Assembly: GCA_963713705.1 (NCBI GenBank) | Contig: CAVQMY010000054.1 | Location: 52,314 to 116,313 of the forward strand | Source: an uncultured Verrucomicrobiae bacterium | GTDB taxonomy: Bacteria; Verrucomicrobiota; Verrucomicrobiia; Palsa-1439 | Reading direction: 5' to 3' | Length of the DNA: 64,000 nucleotides | Shown here: in pieces, positions 19,104 through 27,810 of the stretch | Position numbering within the stretch: the first letter of the stretch is position 1 | How the letters are laid out: each line of letters opens with the position of its first letter | Translations under genes and position numbers: made by a program | The notes under the pieces: model-generated | The model's database searches: none | Told to the model about the DNA's origin: nothing | What the model saw: only the letters and a program-made list of their open reading frames with translations

Positions 19104-19242
19104 AACCGGCCGTGATTGTCAATCGCAAACTTCGCAAGCTTTGGGAAGTTACGGGTACATCGTGCCCCCCCCCGTGGCGAAGCTGACTGTGATAAGCACG
19201 CAGAGGCTGCAGGAACTGCGGGGACAACGCTGGGCCCATGCA

Positions 19243-20749
19243 CCACCACTGTAAACATCTTGTTCGTTGATAACTCTCTGGCCCCTTGGGGCATCGGTCG
19301 CTAGACTGAAGCTCCAACAAGGAGGTGGCAGTCATGCAGCAGATGGATCTGCTGGCCAGACTGCCGCTGGCGGAGGGAGTGTTCGAGCTGTGGCAGGCGA
19401 GCCTGCCCGATGAACGGCTGGGCGCCATCTACGAACAGCACCGGGGACGCTGTTACGAGAAGAAGATATGTTTTCCGCTGGTGGTGCAGTTGTTGGCCGA
19501 CGCGTTGTGTCAGTATGGAGGCAGTGGCCGTGCCAGCTTCGAGCATTCGGTCGCGTCCAGGGAGTCGGCGGCCAGCATCCAAGCGTTCTACGGAAAGCTG
19601 CGCCGCCTGCCGATTGAAGTGAGTGAAGCGTTTCTGGCGGAGGGCAGCGCGTCGTTGCGGGAGTTGTATCCGGCGGCGGCGGCGCGCGAATTGCCGAGCT
19701 GCCTGCGAGAATTCGAAGTCCTGATCGTGGATGGCAAGGCCATTAAGCGGGTCGCCAAACGGCTGAAGGTGACGCGCGGGCGAGCGGGAGGAGTGTTGGG
19801 GGGTCGGGCGTTGGTATGTTTGTCGATGCGCAGTGGCTTGGTGGTGGCGATGGCCGGGCATCCCGACGGGGAGATCAATGATGTGCGCCTGGTACCGCAG
19901 TTGTTGCCGCAGGTGCGCTCGCGCCTCCGTGGACCGCGGTTGTGGGTCGAGGATCGCGCGTTTTGCGATCTGCAGCAGCCGGCGTTGTTCTGTGAAGAGG
20001 GCGATCAGTTCTTGGTGCGCCACCATCAGCGGCTGCACTTTCGAGTGGATCCAAAGCGCCCCTCAGGCTGCGGCCACGACGCGGAAGCTCGCCAATGGGT
20101 GGAGGATTGGGGCTGGGTGGGCGCTGCCAACGATCAACGCCGGCGGCGCGTGCGGCGGATTCGGCTGAAGTTATCGCCGCAAGAGTCACTGGTGCTGTTA
20201 ACGAGTTTGCTGGATGCGGAGCGCTACCCTGCGGTGGCCTTGCTGGAGGTCTACCGTCAACGCTGGGGTATCGAACGAGTGTTTCAGCAGGTCACCGAGG
20301 TCTTTGGGCTGGAGGGCTTGATCGGTAGTAGTGCGCAGGCGAGCGTTTTTCAATTGGCGTTTTGTTTGGCGCTGTACAACTCCGTGCAAGTACTGCGGGG
20401 CTATGTGGCGGCGGGAAACCGCTGCCAGACCGAGCAACTCAGCATGGAGAAACTGTTTGTGGACGTGGAACGGGAATTGATTGCGTGGAGCGTGTTGGGC
20501 CGGGCGCGGGAGACGGTCGAATGGTTGGCACCGCCGCGCCGCCTGAAGGAATGCCGACAGCGATTGCGGGAGCGGGTGGGGGTTTTGTGGGAGGATCGTT
20601 GGAAGAAATCGCCGCCGCAGAAACAACGTCGCCATCCGTCACGAGGTCACGCGCCGGGCAAGCACACCTCGGTCTATCGAATAGTCGAGGAGTATCGTCG
20701 GCAAAGTAAACTCAACCCTCGCCATGATGAATGATGTTTACAGTGGTGG
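19243..20749 (+). mobile_element. IS4-family insertion sequence (1507 bp), apparently intact
   Basis: Perfect 17-bp TIRs CCACCACTGTAAACATC (19243-19259) and GATGTTTACAGTGGTGG (20733-20749). An 8-bp direct repeat CCCATGCA flanks them at 19235-19242 and 20750-20757. Confidence 0.9.
19334..20734 (+). CDS. IS4-family DDE transposase
   Basis: AAGGAGG lies 8 nt before ATG 19334. Motifs ...LIVDGKAIK..., ...LWVEDRAFCD..., ...LEVYRQRWGIERVFQQVTEVFGL... (Y-2-R-3-E). The frame is uninterrupted. Confidence 0.85.
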   Translation: MQQMDLLARLPLAEGVFELWQASLPDERLGAIYEQHRGRCYEKKICFPLVVQLLADALCQYGGSGRASFEHSVASRESAASIQAFYGKLRRLPIEVSEAFLAEGSASLRELYPAAAARELPSCLREFEVLIVDGKAIKRVAKRLKVTRGRAGGVLGGRALVCLSMRSGLVVAMAGHPDGEINDVRLVPQLLPQVRSRLRGPRLWVEDRAFCDLQQPALFCEEGDQFLVRHHQRLHFRVDPKRPSGCGHDAEARQWVEDWGWVGAANDQRRRRVRRIRLKLSPQESLVLLTSLLDAERYPAVALLEVYRQRWGIERVFQQVTEVFGLEGLIGSSAQASVFQLAFCLALYNSVQVLRGYVAAGNRCQTEQLSMEKLFVDVERELIAWSVLGRARETVEWLAPPRRLKECRQRLRERVGVLWEDRWKKSPPQKQRRHPSRGHAPGKHTSVYRIVEEYRRQSKLNPRHDE

Positions 20750-21043
20750 CCCATGCACTCCCCCGGTTTCGAACTGTCTCGCATGAAGGCGGGCCGACAC
20801 TGGTTGCATCAGAAGCCCGCCCGGGCGCGTTTGATTGTCGGCGAGGGTTCCCCCACTTGGCACCACCGGCGCACAACTCCTTGCAAACACGCCTTGGACA
20901 AAAAGCACGTTGCAATGTCGTGACTGAATTTGAGTGGCTTCAGGCAAACGCGAGCAAATCTCCAACATGCAGAAAGCCCCTGCGGCCATTGGTTTTGTTC
21001 CCTCCAGCAAACCAGGGTAAACAAGGGCTAAAAACCTCGGCGG

Positions 21044-21085
21044 GGATTGGAAATCCGAGGCTCTATCCAGCTGGGCTACAGGCGC
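21044..21085 (-). other. tRNA-like 5' fragment (acceptor, D-arm and anticodon loop resembling tRNA-Gly UCC), not a complete tRNA
   Basis: The minus strand reads GCGCCTG-TA-GCCC-AGCTGGATA-GAGC-C-TCGGA-TTTCCAA-TCC, then diverges. No T-arm or matching 3' acceptor is found downstream. Confidence 0.3.
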
Positions 21086-21176
21086 ATCAATGTTTTTTCA
21101 ACTCTAGGGCACTCGCTCTGCAGGCATGCGCCCTGTATCCCGCCCGGGACCCTCCACGCGTGGAACAATCCCGGCG

Positions 21177-22118
21177 CTACTGCAGGTAGTTGAGGATCGA
21201 CAGGGTAAGATCGTTAAAACCGGCGGTAGCCTGGGCGGCGGCTTGAAAGGCGGTCTGGGTTTGGGACAGTTGTTCCATCACCTGCGCCGTGTCGGCGTCG
21301 GCCTGGGTCGAGGTCAACTGGCCAAGTGCCGCCGAGCGGCTTTGCTCGATCGTGGACTCCGCCGTCATACGCTGTTGCACCGCGCCGCTGGTGGCGATTT
21401 GCTGGGTGATGTCGTCCGAGTCCTTCTGCAAATTGTTCAGGTCGGTGGTACTGATGGCGCTCGTATTGCCCGACAGCAGATCGTTTTGCAACGAAATCAG
21501 GTGATTGAAGAAGTCCGCGCCCGTGCGGCTATCAGTGATGAGACCGTCAGTACCAGTCCCCGTGGTATTGGCGCCCACTGGCAGCACCGACAGCGTGACC
21601 CCTTCGGCAATTTCCACCGACGGGACCGTCGTATTCCCTTGATAGTCGACGCTGGTCACCTGTCCCGATGAGTTCAGGTTGACCACGTAAGGTGGCTGGC
21701 TGTTAAGCGTCCCCCCGAACAGGTAATTGCCCCCAGACTGGGTATTCACGGCCTGTGCCGCTTCCTGAATGAGCTGCGTGACCTGCGTCGCGTAGTTGTT
21801 CAGGTCCTGTTGCGTGGCCGTGCCGTCGGCTTCCGTGGCGATTTCACCGGCGCTCCGGGCAATGGTCTGCAGCGACTCCATCGCGCTCGACGCGGTGCTG
21901 GCCTGCTGCTGAAGCTGTGTGATGTTCGATTGGTACTGGGTGACCGACGAAGATTCGGCCTCGAGATTCAGGATACTGGCCATCGCCGACGGGTCGTCCG
22001 AAGGATTTTGCACGGCCAGTCCCGTCGTGGCTTCGTTCTCCAACTGTGCCTGGTTCTCCTCGATCAGGTTCATCTCGTACAGCATCGAACTGGTCATGGT
22101 GTTACCGGTTACGCGCAT
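21177..22118 (-). CDS. flgL: Flagellar hook-associated protein 3 (FlgL)
   Basis: MRVTGNTMTSSMLYEMN...GLAVQNPSDDPSAMASILNLEAE... (flagellin-N-type). The C-terminus ...AFQAAAQATAGFNDLTLSILNYLQ is flagellin-C-type. Confidence 0.8.
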   Translation of the reverse strand: MRVTGNTMTSSMLYEMNLIEENQAQLENEATTGLAVQNPSDDPSAMASILNLEAESSSVTQYQSNITQLQQQASTASSAMESLQTIARSAGEIATEADGTATQQDLNNYATQVTQLIQEAAQAVNTQSGGNYLFGGTLNSQPPYVVNLNSSGQVTSVDYQGNTTVPSVEIAEGVTLSVLPVGANTTGTGTDGLITDSRTGADFFNHLISLQNDLLSGNTSAISTTDLNNLQKDSDDITQQIATSGAVQQRMTAESTIEQSRSAALGQLTSTQADADTAQVMEQLSQTQTAFQAAAQATAGFNDLTLSILNYLQ

Positions 22119-22135
22119 GATTGTTCAGTCCCTCC

Positions 22136-23530
22136 TCAGGATGTCTGGATACTCAGCAGTGTTTGCAACATCTCGTCCACCGTGGTCATCAAATGAGCCG
22201 AAGCTTCGTACGCGTTTTGGTACGTGCTGAGATTACCCATCTCCTCCACCAACGACACGCCGCTGATCGCGGAGCGTTGTTGTTGCAACATTTGCTGCAC
22301 GGTCTCTTGGTCGCTTACTTCGTTATTGGCGGACGACAGCGATTGGCCAAGCTCCGCCACGGTGCCGTCGTATGACTGACTGAATGTCTCGTTGTTCAGG
22401 TCCGCGTTGGGCTGGTTCGCCAACTGCGCCATCTGGAGAACGATCGTGTTGTCGCCGGTGTCGCCCTGGACACCGCTGGCCTGGAATAGAGCCGGGTTGT
22501 TCACCAGGTCTTGATCTACCCCGATGTCGCTGGCATCCGAGCCCGAGAAAAACAATGCTTTCGTAGTGCCCGTGAGGCTATAGCCGGTCTTGTAGACCCC
22601 GTTACACGGTGTTAATCAATTGCGTGGCCAGAGTGTTGAGGTTGCTGGACAACGTCGCCACGGGACCGTCGCGGGCGTCGATCTCGCGGCGATGCTGCCA
22701 CCGGTGAGCGTGAGCGGTGTTCCCGCCGTTGTCGCCCGCACCAACATCTGGCCGCCACCGGCGTCATAGACCTGCATGGTGTCGGTCACACTGTTATCTG
22801 ACACCATCTGCACGCCGCCGATGCTGATGTTGACAGCGCCGTTGGTTTGCGGGGTCACGCTGATATTGGTCAGATTGGCCAGGTTTTCGATGTCTTCCTC
22901 GCGCTGGTCGAGCAGGTCGTTGGGTGACGTGCCGGTATTGATCTGGTCCGTGACAATCTGATTGTTGAGGCCGGCGATCTCGCTCAGAAGCTGGTTCCCG
23001 TTGGTCACGTCGGTTTGCAACTGGCCGTTCAATTGTGAGGTGAGCGACCCCAGCTGCTGTGACACTTGGTTGAATTGGCTGGCCAGCGTGCTGGCATCGC
23101 CGATCACCACCTGCCGCTCTGACAACGAGTTGGGCTCCGTCGAGAGAGTTTGCAGGTCATTGAAAAAATTCGATAGGGCGCTGGCGATCCCCTGCGACGA
23201 ATCACTCGAACTGGTGCTGGAGCTGGTGACTTGCTGGCCGAGATCCGTTTGCGCGGATTCCAGGGCCTGCTGCTGGGTTTGCCAGTACGACGACGCGCTG
23301 TTTTCCGCCTGAATCTGGGTGTTCACCACCTGGCTGACAATCTGTTGAACGCCCGTCACTTGCACGCCGGTGCCCTCGTTACCGATATTCGTGGCCACGG
23401 ACGGCGAGGTGGAAATCTCCAGCACTTGGCGTGAGTAGTTGGGATTGTTGACGTTCGACAGATTCTGTCCCGTCACTTCGATCCCCGCCTGCTGCGCGTC
23501 CATCGCCCGCGACCGCCCTGAATACGTCAT
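22136..23530 (-). pseudogene. flgK: Flagellar hook-associated protein 1 (FlgK) broken by at least two frame changes
   Basis: The N-terminal ORF 22616..23530 carries ...AMDAQQAGIEVTGQNLSNVNNPNYSRQ. After ...LTGGSIA the sequence continues in a second frame (EIDARDGPVATLSSNLNTLATQLINTV*). It then moves to a third frame (NGVYKTGYSLTGTTKALFFSGSDASDIGV...) as ORF 22136..22555, ending ...VSLVEEMGNLSTYQNAYEASAHLMTTVDEML. Confidence 0.75.
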
Positions 23531-23759
23531 TTATTAAGGCACAAATGGCCACTGATGAAGACTGGCAATCTCCGAAAAACACTTCTTGCCTTAGAAATGC
23601 GATGCTCTGTCCAACCGTGCCACAGGCGCAGACCACACGCGTCACACAAGGTGTGGAATTTAGGCAAATGGGATGATTTCCCTCGACATTTGAGGTGTTG
23701 GCCGGTCTGACGCGTTAAGACTTTTGGGTTTAATTCACATGGCGCGGCGTTCAACAATT

Positions 23760-25105
23760 AGGGTTCGTTTGCTGGGCTGTCCCATAGATCTATCTCAAAC
23801 CCGGCAGATAGGCTTGTTCTGGCTGGGCCAGGTAGCGGAAGTGACCGTTGGCTGTCCCATAGCAGCGCAGTAAACTCAGCACATCCCATTTTTTCCACAG
23901 GGCGGCGCGGATCAAGGTGAAGAGGCGGCTGAAGCTGTGGCTCCAATCCGCCAGAAAGGCCAGATAGCGCAGGAGTAGATAGACCAGCAGCGCGGTCCAC
24001 ACCTGCCAGCGCACGGCGTTGGCGCTGGTGCCGAGGAAATCGGCCAATTGCAACGTCTGCTTGATCTGCTTGAAGAACACTTCGATCTGCCAACGGCAGC
24101 GATACAACTCGACAATGCTGGTGGCGCTCCATTCCAGGTTGTTGGTCAGGAATTCCATTTCCACTTCCCGACCGTCCACCTCGACGAGCGCGATAATCCG
24201 CCGCAGCTCCACCGGGTAGTCGGCCAAGGTGGTGGGCGTTTGTAGTTGGATCAAGTCATCGCGCAGGATTTTGCCCGCCGCACCGTGCTGAAAACACCGC
24301 ACCACCAGGAAACTCAAGTTCTCCTTGGCGCGGGTGACCCAAAACACCTCGCGCATGGACAGGTCGGCCAGATGCTCGAAGTCCACGTACGCCTTGTCAA
24401 ATATGACGATTTCACCCGCTTTGACGCCCGCACACAGTTCCCGTGCCCGTTTGGCGTCGTTGTGCCGGGCGGTGTCCACGATGGCAAAGAGCGGCAGGAA
24501 ACTTTGCAGGTCCAATCGCAGATGACACTTGGCGGCGGCCTTGCGTCGGCGATGCTTGGCCCAATCCAGGCACGAGGCGATCAAGGGGATGGTGGTTGAA
24601 TCCACCAGATGAATCGTGCGCTTGAACTTCCGGGCAAACCGCTGGCCCGCCCGACCGCTGACGAAGCCCGGAGACTGGTTGCCCAAATGTTCCAACACCG
24701 ACCAGAAGAGTTGCTCGGCCATTTGTGCCGGGCGCACCTTGTTGGCGTGGGAGAGAGTATTGCGGTTGGGCGGGGTGGCCCCACGCAGACTGGACAGTGG
24801 CCCCGAGTGCAAACCCAGCGCGTCGCAGACATCGTTGAGGCCGATGCTGTGAGTGAGTTGGGCATACATCAGGGCGACCAGATGACTCCAGGGGCTGAAG
24901 GTGCGGGCTTTGTCTTGGACCCCGGTAGCCCGCGCCAGCTTGGGTACCAGGAAGTCAGGAATGAAGTTGCAAATCTGCCGCAGGAGGTTCAATTTTGCGG
25001 CGGCTGGAATGTTCTTGTTGTGCTTTTTCATCCCTGCCGTGTGGCAGGGCTACACGAGACATTCCAGCTTTTTTCAAAACCCTATGGGATGGCTGTGGGC
25101 GCAGA
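23760..25105 (-). mobile_element. Second, unrelated IS4-family element; ends not resolved
   Basis: A full-length transposase gene is present. Only a short inverted core (TCCCATAG / CTATGGGA at ~23778 and ~25082) is seen near the expected ends. No convincing TIR or TSD was identified. Confidence 0.4.
23790..25031 (-). CDS. IS4-family transposase (DUF4372-type N-terminus plus DDE domain)
   Basis: ...IHLVDSTTIPL..., ...IVIFDKAYVDFEHL..., ...IVELYRCRWQIEVFFKQIKQTLQLADFLG... The frame is uninterrupted over 413 aa. Confidence 0.85.
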   Translation of the reverse strand: MKKHNKNIPAAAKLNLLRQICNFIPDFLVPKLARATGVQDKARTFSPWSHLVALMYAQLTHSIGLNDVCDALGLHSGPLSSLRGATPPNRNTLSHANKVRPAQMAEQLFWSVLEHLGNQSPGFVSGRAGQRFARKFKRTIHLVDSTTIPLIASCLDWAKHRRRKAAAKCHLRLDLQSFLPLFAIVDTARHNDAKRARELCAGVKAGEIVIFDKAYVDFEHLADLSMREVFWVTRAKENLSFLVVRCFQHGAAGKILRDDLIQLQTPTTLADYPVELRRIIALVEVDGREVEMEFLTNNLEWSATSIVELYRCRWQIEVFFKQIKQTLQLADFLGTSANAVRWQVWTALLVYLLLRYLAFLADWSHSFSRLFTLIRAALWKKWDVLSLLRCYGTANGHFRYLAQPEQAYLPGLR

Positions 25106-25349
25106 CCGTTAGTTGATACGGGTCGTTGCTCGATCTGATGCGGCGCGATACGGGGTGCTCGATTTTCAGTTTCGTCGCGACAAATGAAAGCGGCGCACTC
25201 GGCTGAATGCACCGCCAGTTCGGCCGCCTGATTCCGCTCCACCGGCGCTCTCACTACCCTTGGGAAACAGTTGAAGTGGACCCACCGCCCTGCTACCTTA
25301 CCGGCAATTGGCGAGAAGTCGTTAAACGTTCAACGCTTCGGGAGGATCC

Positions 25350-25577
25350 ATGCCGACGATCAGCAACGTGCTTCAGCAGTTGGAAACACAACGTACGCTT
25401 ACCCAGCGCGAACTCGAAAAACTCGACCTCGCGATCCAGGCGCTTACGTCATTCCATGGAAAGTCAGCAAGCGCAGGAGCCAGGCGCAAACCCAAAATTT
25501 CGGCGGCAGGCATCGCCCGGATCAGGGCGGCACAAAAGGCGCGGTGGGCAAAGGTTCGGGCGGCGCAGAACAAGTAG
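25350..25577 (+). CDS. Small basic hypothetical protein (75 aa)
   Basis: GGAGG precedes the ATG. The protein has a coiled-coil-like N-terminus and a K/R-rich tail ISAAGIARIRAAQKARWAKVRAAQNK. Confidence 0.5.
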   Translation: MPTISNVLQQLETQRTLTQRELEKLDLAIQALTSFHGKSASAGARRKPKISAAGIARIRAAQKARWAKVRAAQNK

Positions 25578-25633
25578 TGGGCCCAGAGCGCCAGAGTTGA
25601 CTTACTGCGTGTGAGGACTAGGATCCACTTGCC

Positions 25634-26095
25634 ATGACCATCATCGATGGCTTGGTGGCCGAGCACCGCGTGTTCCTGATGTTTTTCGATCAGGTTGAAC
25701 GCGCGTTGCCCGGTGTCAAGACCGTGGACGAAGTCGGGTTGATGTGCCGCCTCTTGGAGGCACCACTCCACGACCACGGCGGGGCGGAAACGGACCTGGC
25801 CTATATCGCTCTCGATCATATCCTGCATCAACAGAACCGACTGACCCGTCTGCACCACGATCATCAGGAAATTGATGGGCTCCTGAAACGAGTGGAGGAG
25901 ATCAGGGATCTTCCAAAAGCCTGCACCCAACTCAAGGCGGCCCTGAACGCCTGTCGCGCTCACTTCAGCGAGGAGGAGCAGACCGTGTTTCCCCTGATCG
26001 AGAAGGCGCTCCAACACGAAACGCTGCAGATACTGGGGAAGGTGTGGAGATCGCAATCGCATTTGTCGCCGCGGTCGTCGATAGACAAGAAATGA
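25634..26095 (+). CDS. Hemerythrin-like metal-binding domain protein
   Basis: His/Glu pattern: LVAEHRVF..., ...PLHDHGGAE..., ...LHHDHQEID..., ...CRAHFSEEEQTVFPL. Confidence 0.65.
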   Translation: MTIIDGLVAEHRVFLMFFDQVERALPGVKTVDEVGLMCRLLEAPLHDHGGAETDLAYIALDHILHQQNRLTRLHHDHQEIDGLLKRVEEIRDLPKACTQLKAALNACRAHFSEEEQTVFPLIEKALQHETLQILGKVWRSQSHLSPRSSIDKK

Positions 26096-26559
26096 TGGTC
26101 GAAAACCACGAAACCAACCAAGAGGAGGTCGTCATGGGACTCAAAGTAAGTAATGTGGATGTGTGGGCGGCAAGCATCGAGGATCAGGTGGGTGGTCTGG
26201 TGGGCAAACTGGCGCCGTTGTCCGCGGCCGGGGCCAACCTGGAATTCGTCATCGCTCGTCGGGCACCCGAGCAACCCGGCAAAGGCGTCGTGTTCGTCAC
26301 CCCGTTGAACGGCGCGAAACAGGTGGCCGCCGCCGAGGCCGCCGGTTTTCTGAGGACCGGCAGCCTGCACTCCGTGCGGATCGAGGGCGCCGACAAGCCG
26401 GGCTTGGGCGGGAAGATCGCCGGGGCGTTGGCCGAGGCCGGCATCAATCTGCGTGGCCTGTCGGCGGCAGCGATCGGGACAAAGTTCGTCTGTTATCTGG
26501 CGCTCGACACGGCCGAGGACGCCAAGAAGGCGACAGACACTTTGAAGAACGTGTCCTGA
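26092..26559 (+). CDS. ACT-domain (amino-acid-binding) protein
   Basis: Two ACT-like beta-alpha-beta-beta-alpha-beta units (VDVWAASIEDQVGGLVGKLAPLSAAGANL..; SVRIEGADKPGLGGKIAGALAEAGINL..). The start overlaps the hemerythrin stop. Confidence 0.6.
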   Translation: MMVENHETNQEEVVMGLKVSNVDVWAASIEDQVGGLVGKLAPLSAAGANLEFVIARRAPEQPGKGVVFVTPLNGAKQVAAAEAAGFLRTGSLHSVRIEGADKPGLGGKIAGALAEAGINLRGLSAAAIGTKFVCYLALDTAEDAKKATDTLKNVS

Positions 26560-26595
26560 CCTGTCGCTCCGCGACGCCATTGGTACGGACACGCC

Positions 26596-26877
26596 ATGCC
26601 CACCCGTCTGTGCGACCGCTGCGGCCAGTTGATCGAGGAGGGCGCGTTGCGGTACATCGCCAAGATCCAGGTGTTTGCCGCCTACGACCCGTTGAACGTC
26701 GATTTCGAGGACACGACCCGCGACCACACGAATGAGATCAAGGAAATCCTGAAGCGTTGCGAGGGCCTCACCGAGGAGGAGTTGATGCAGGACGTGTATG
26801 TCGATTTCCAATTCGACCTCTGCCGCGCCTGCCAGCGCTCCTATATCAAAGAGCCGCTGCCAGCGAATGGAAATTGA
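26596..26877 (+). CDS. Small zinc-ribbon-like hypothetical protein
   Basis: CDRCG near the N-terminus and CRAC near the C-terminus (CxxC...CxxC). Confidence 0.45.
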   Translation: MPTRLCDRCGQLIEEGALRYIAKIQVFAAYDPLNVDFEDTTRDHTNEIKEILKRCEGLTEEELMQDVYVDFQFDLCRACQRSYIKEPLPANGN

Positions 26878-27340
26878 GGTGCGCGAACGATTGCTGAAGT
26901 TCCTGCGCGAACATCAGGTGCTGACGCTGGCGGTTGTGGAAGCGGACGGCAACCCCTACGCGGCAGCGCTGTTCTATGCCGTCGACGATGAGTTGCGGTT
27001 TTACGTATTGACGGATCCGGCGACACGCCATGGAAAGGCGATGCTGGCAAATTCATCCGTTGCGGGCACGATCCAGCTCGACCGTCAACAATGGCACGAG
27101 ATCCGGGGCATCCAGTTTCGCGGCGCCTGCCGCCAACTCGGAAGCGCAGAGCGGGTGCGGGCATGCGAGATCTACAGCGCCCGGTTTCCCTTTCTGCAAC
27201 GGCCCAACGCAATCCTGACGCGAGAGCTGACGAGTACCGCGATGTGGCGAATCGACCCCACATGGATCCGGTTGATCGACAATCGAGTCGGTTTCGGTCA
27301 CAAGGAGGAGTGGACGCCACCCGCGGCAGACGGCCAGTAG
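26867..27340 (+). CDS. Pyridoxamine 5'-phosphate oxidase family (FMN-binding split barrel) protein
   Basis: From ATG 26867: MEIEVRERLLKFLREHQVLTLAVVEADGNPYAAALFYAVDDELRFYVLTD... Confidence 0.65.
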   Translation: MEIEVRERLLKFLREHQVLTLAVVEADGNPYAAALFYAVDDELRFYVLTDPATRHGKAMLANSSVAGTIQLDRQQWHEIRGIQFRGACRQLGSAERVRACEIYSARFPFLQRPNAILTRELTSTAMWRIDPTWIRLIDNRVGFGHKEEWTPPAADGQ

Positions 27341-27810
27341 CCGCCGGTCGTCTTGAACCTGTGCTTGTCGTCGTACCGATTCCACAAGCCGATAGTCGAA
27401 GTCCTGCGCGCGGTATGTTTACGCGACGGTGCGCAACCGCCACGAGGCGCACCAACTCCTGCTATTCCCCGAGCGAAAGATTGTTCACAGCTTTTTCGAA
27501 TCGATTCGCCGGTGTGGCTGGATCGACGCAAGTCGGCCCGCCGCGGCTAAGGCCCGACACGGTTTCTGCCGATAAGATTAAAGAGGGGAACGGAGGGAAG
27601 GCGACATTCATGCGACCTTGGGATGATTGTGTCCAGTTCCAAGGGGTGATCATCCATCTGGATGAACTGCGGAGCATGTTCGCCCGCATGGCAGCGGAGT
27701 CGGGCGATTTGAGCCGGGAGGAGCGTTACCCCCGCGACAATTCGGAGCTGGATGCGGCGATCAAAGAGGCCCCCAACTCGCGCCGAGTCAGAAGCAAGAA
27801 GTAATAATTT

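Noticed and set aside
19165-19173. C9 homopolymer as a phase-variation switch
   Set aside because: It lies in non-coding DNA between the IS4 element and the beta-helix gene promoter region, with no ORF to shift. A promoter-spacing effect is possible but unsupported.
20858-20873. Sigma54-like TGGCAC-N..-GC spacing (TGGCACCACCGGCGCA)
   Set aside because: There is no downstream plus-strand gene and the -12 element is poor (GCGCA rather than TTGCA). It is likely a chance match in GC-rich DNA.
21030-21090. A complete tRNA gene
   Set aside because: Only acceptor 5' strand, D-arm and anticodon loop are recognisable. The anticodon stem 3' strand, T-arm and 3' acceptor are missing, and GCGCCTG has no complement downstream.
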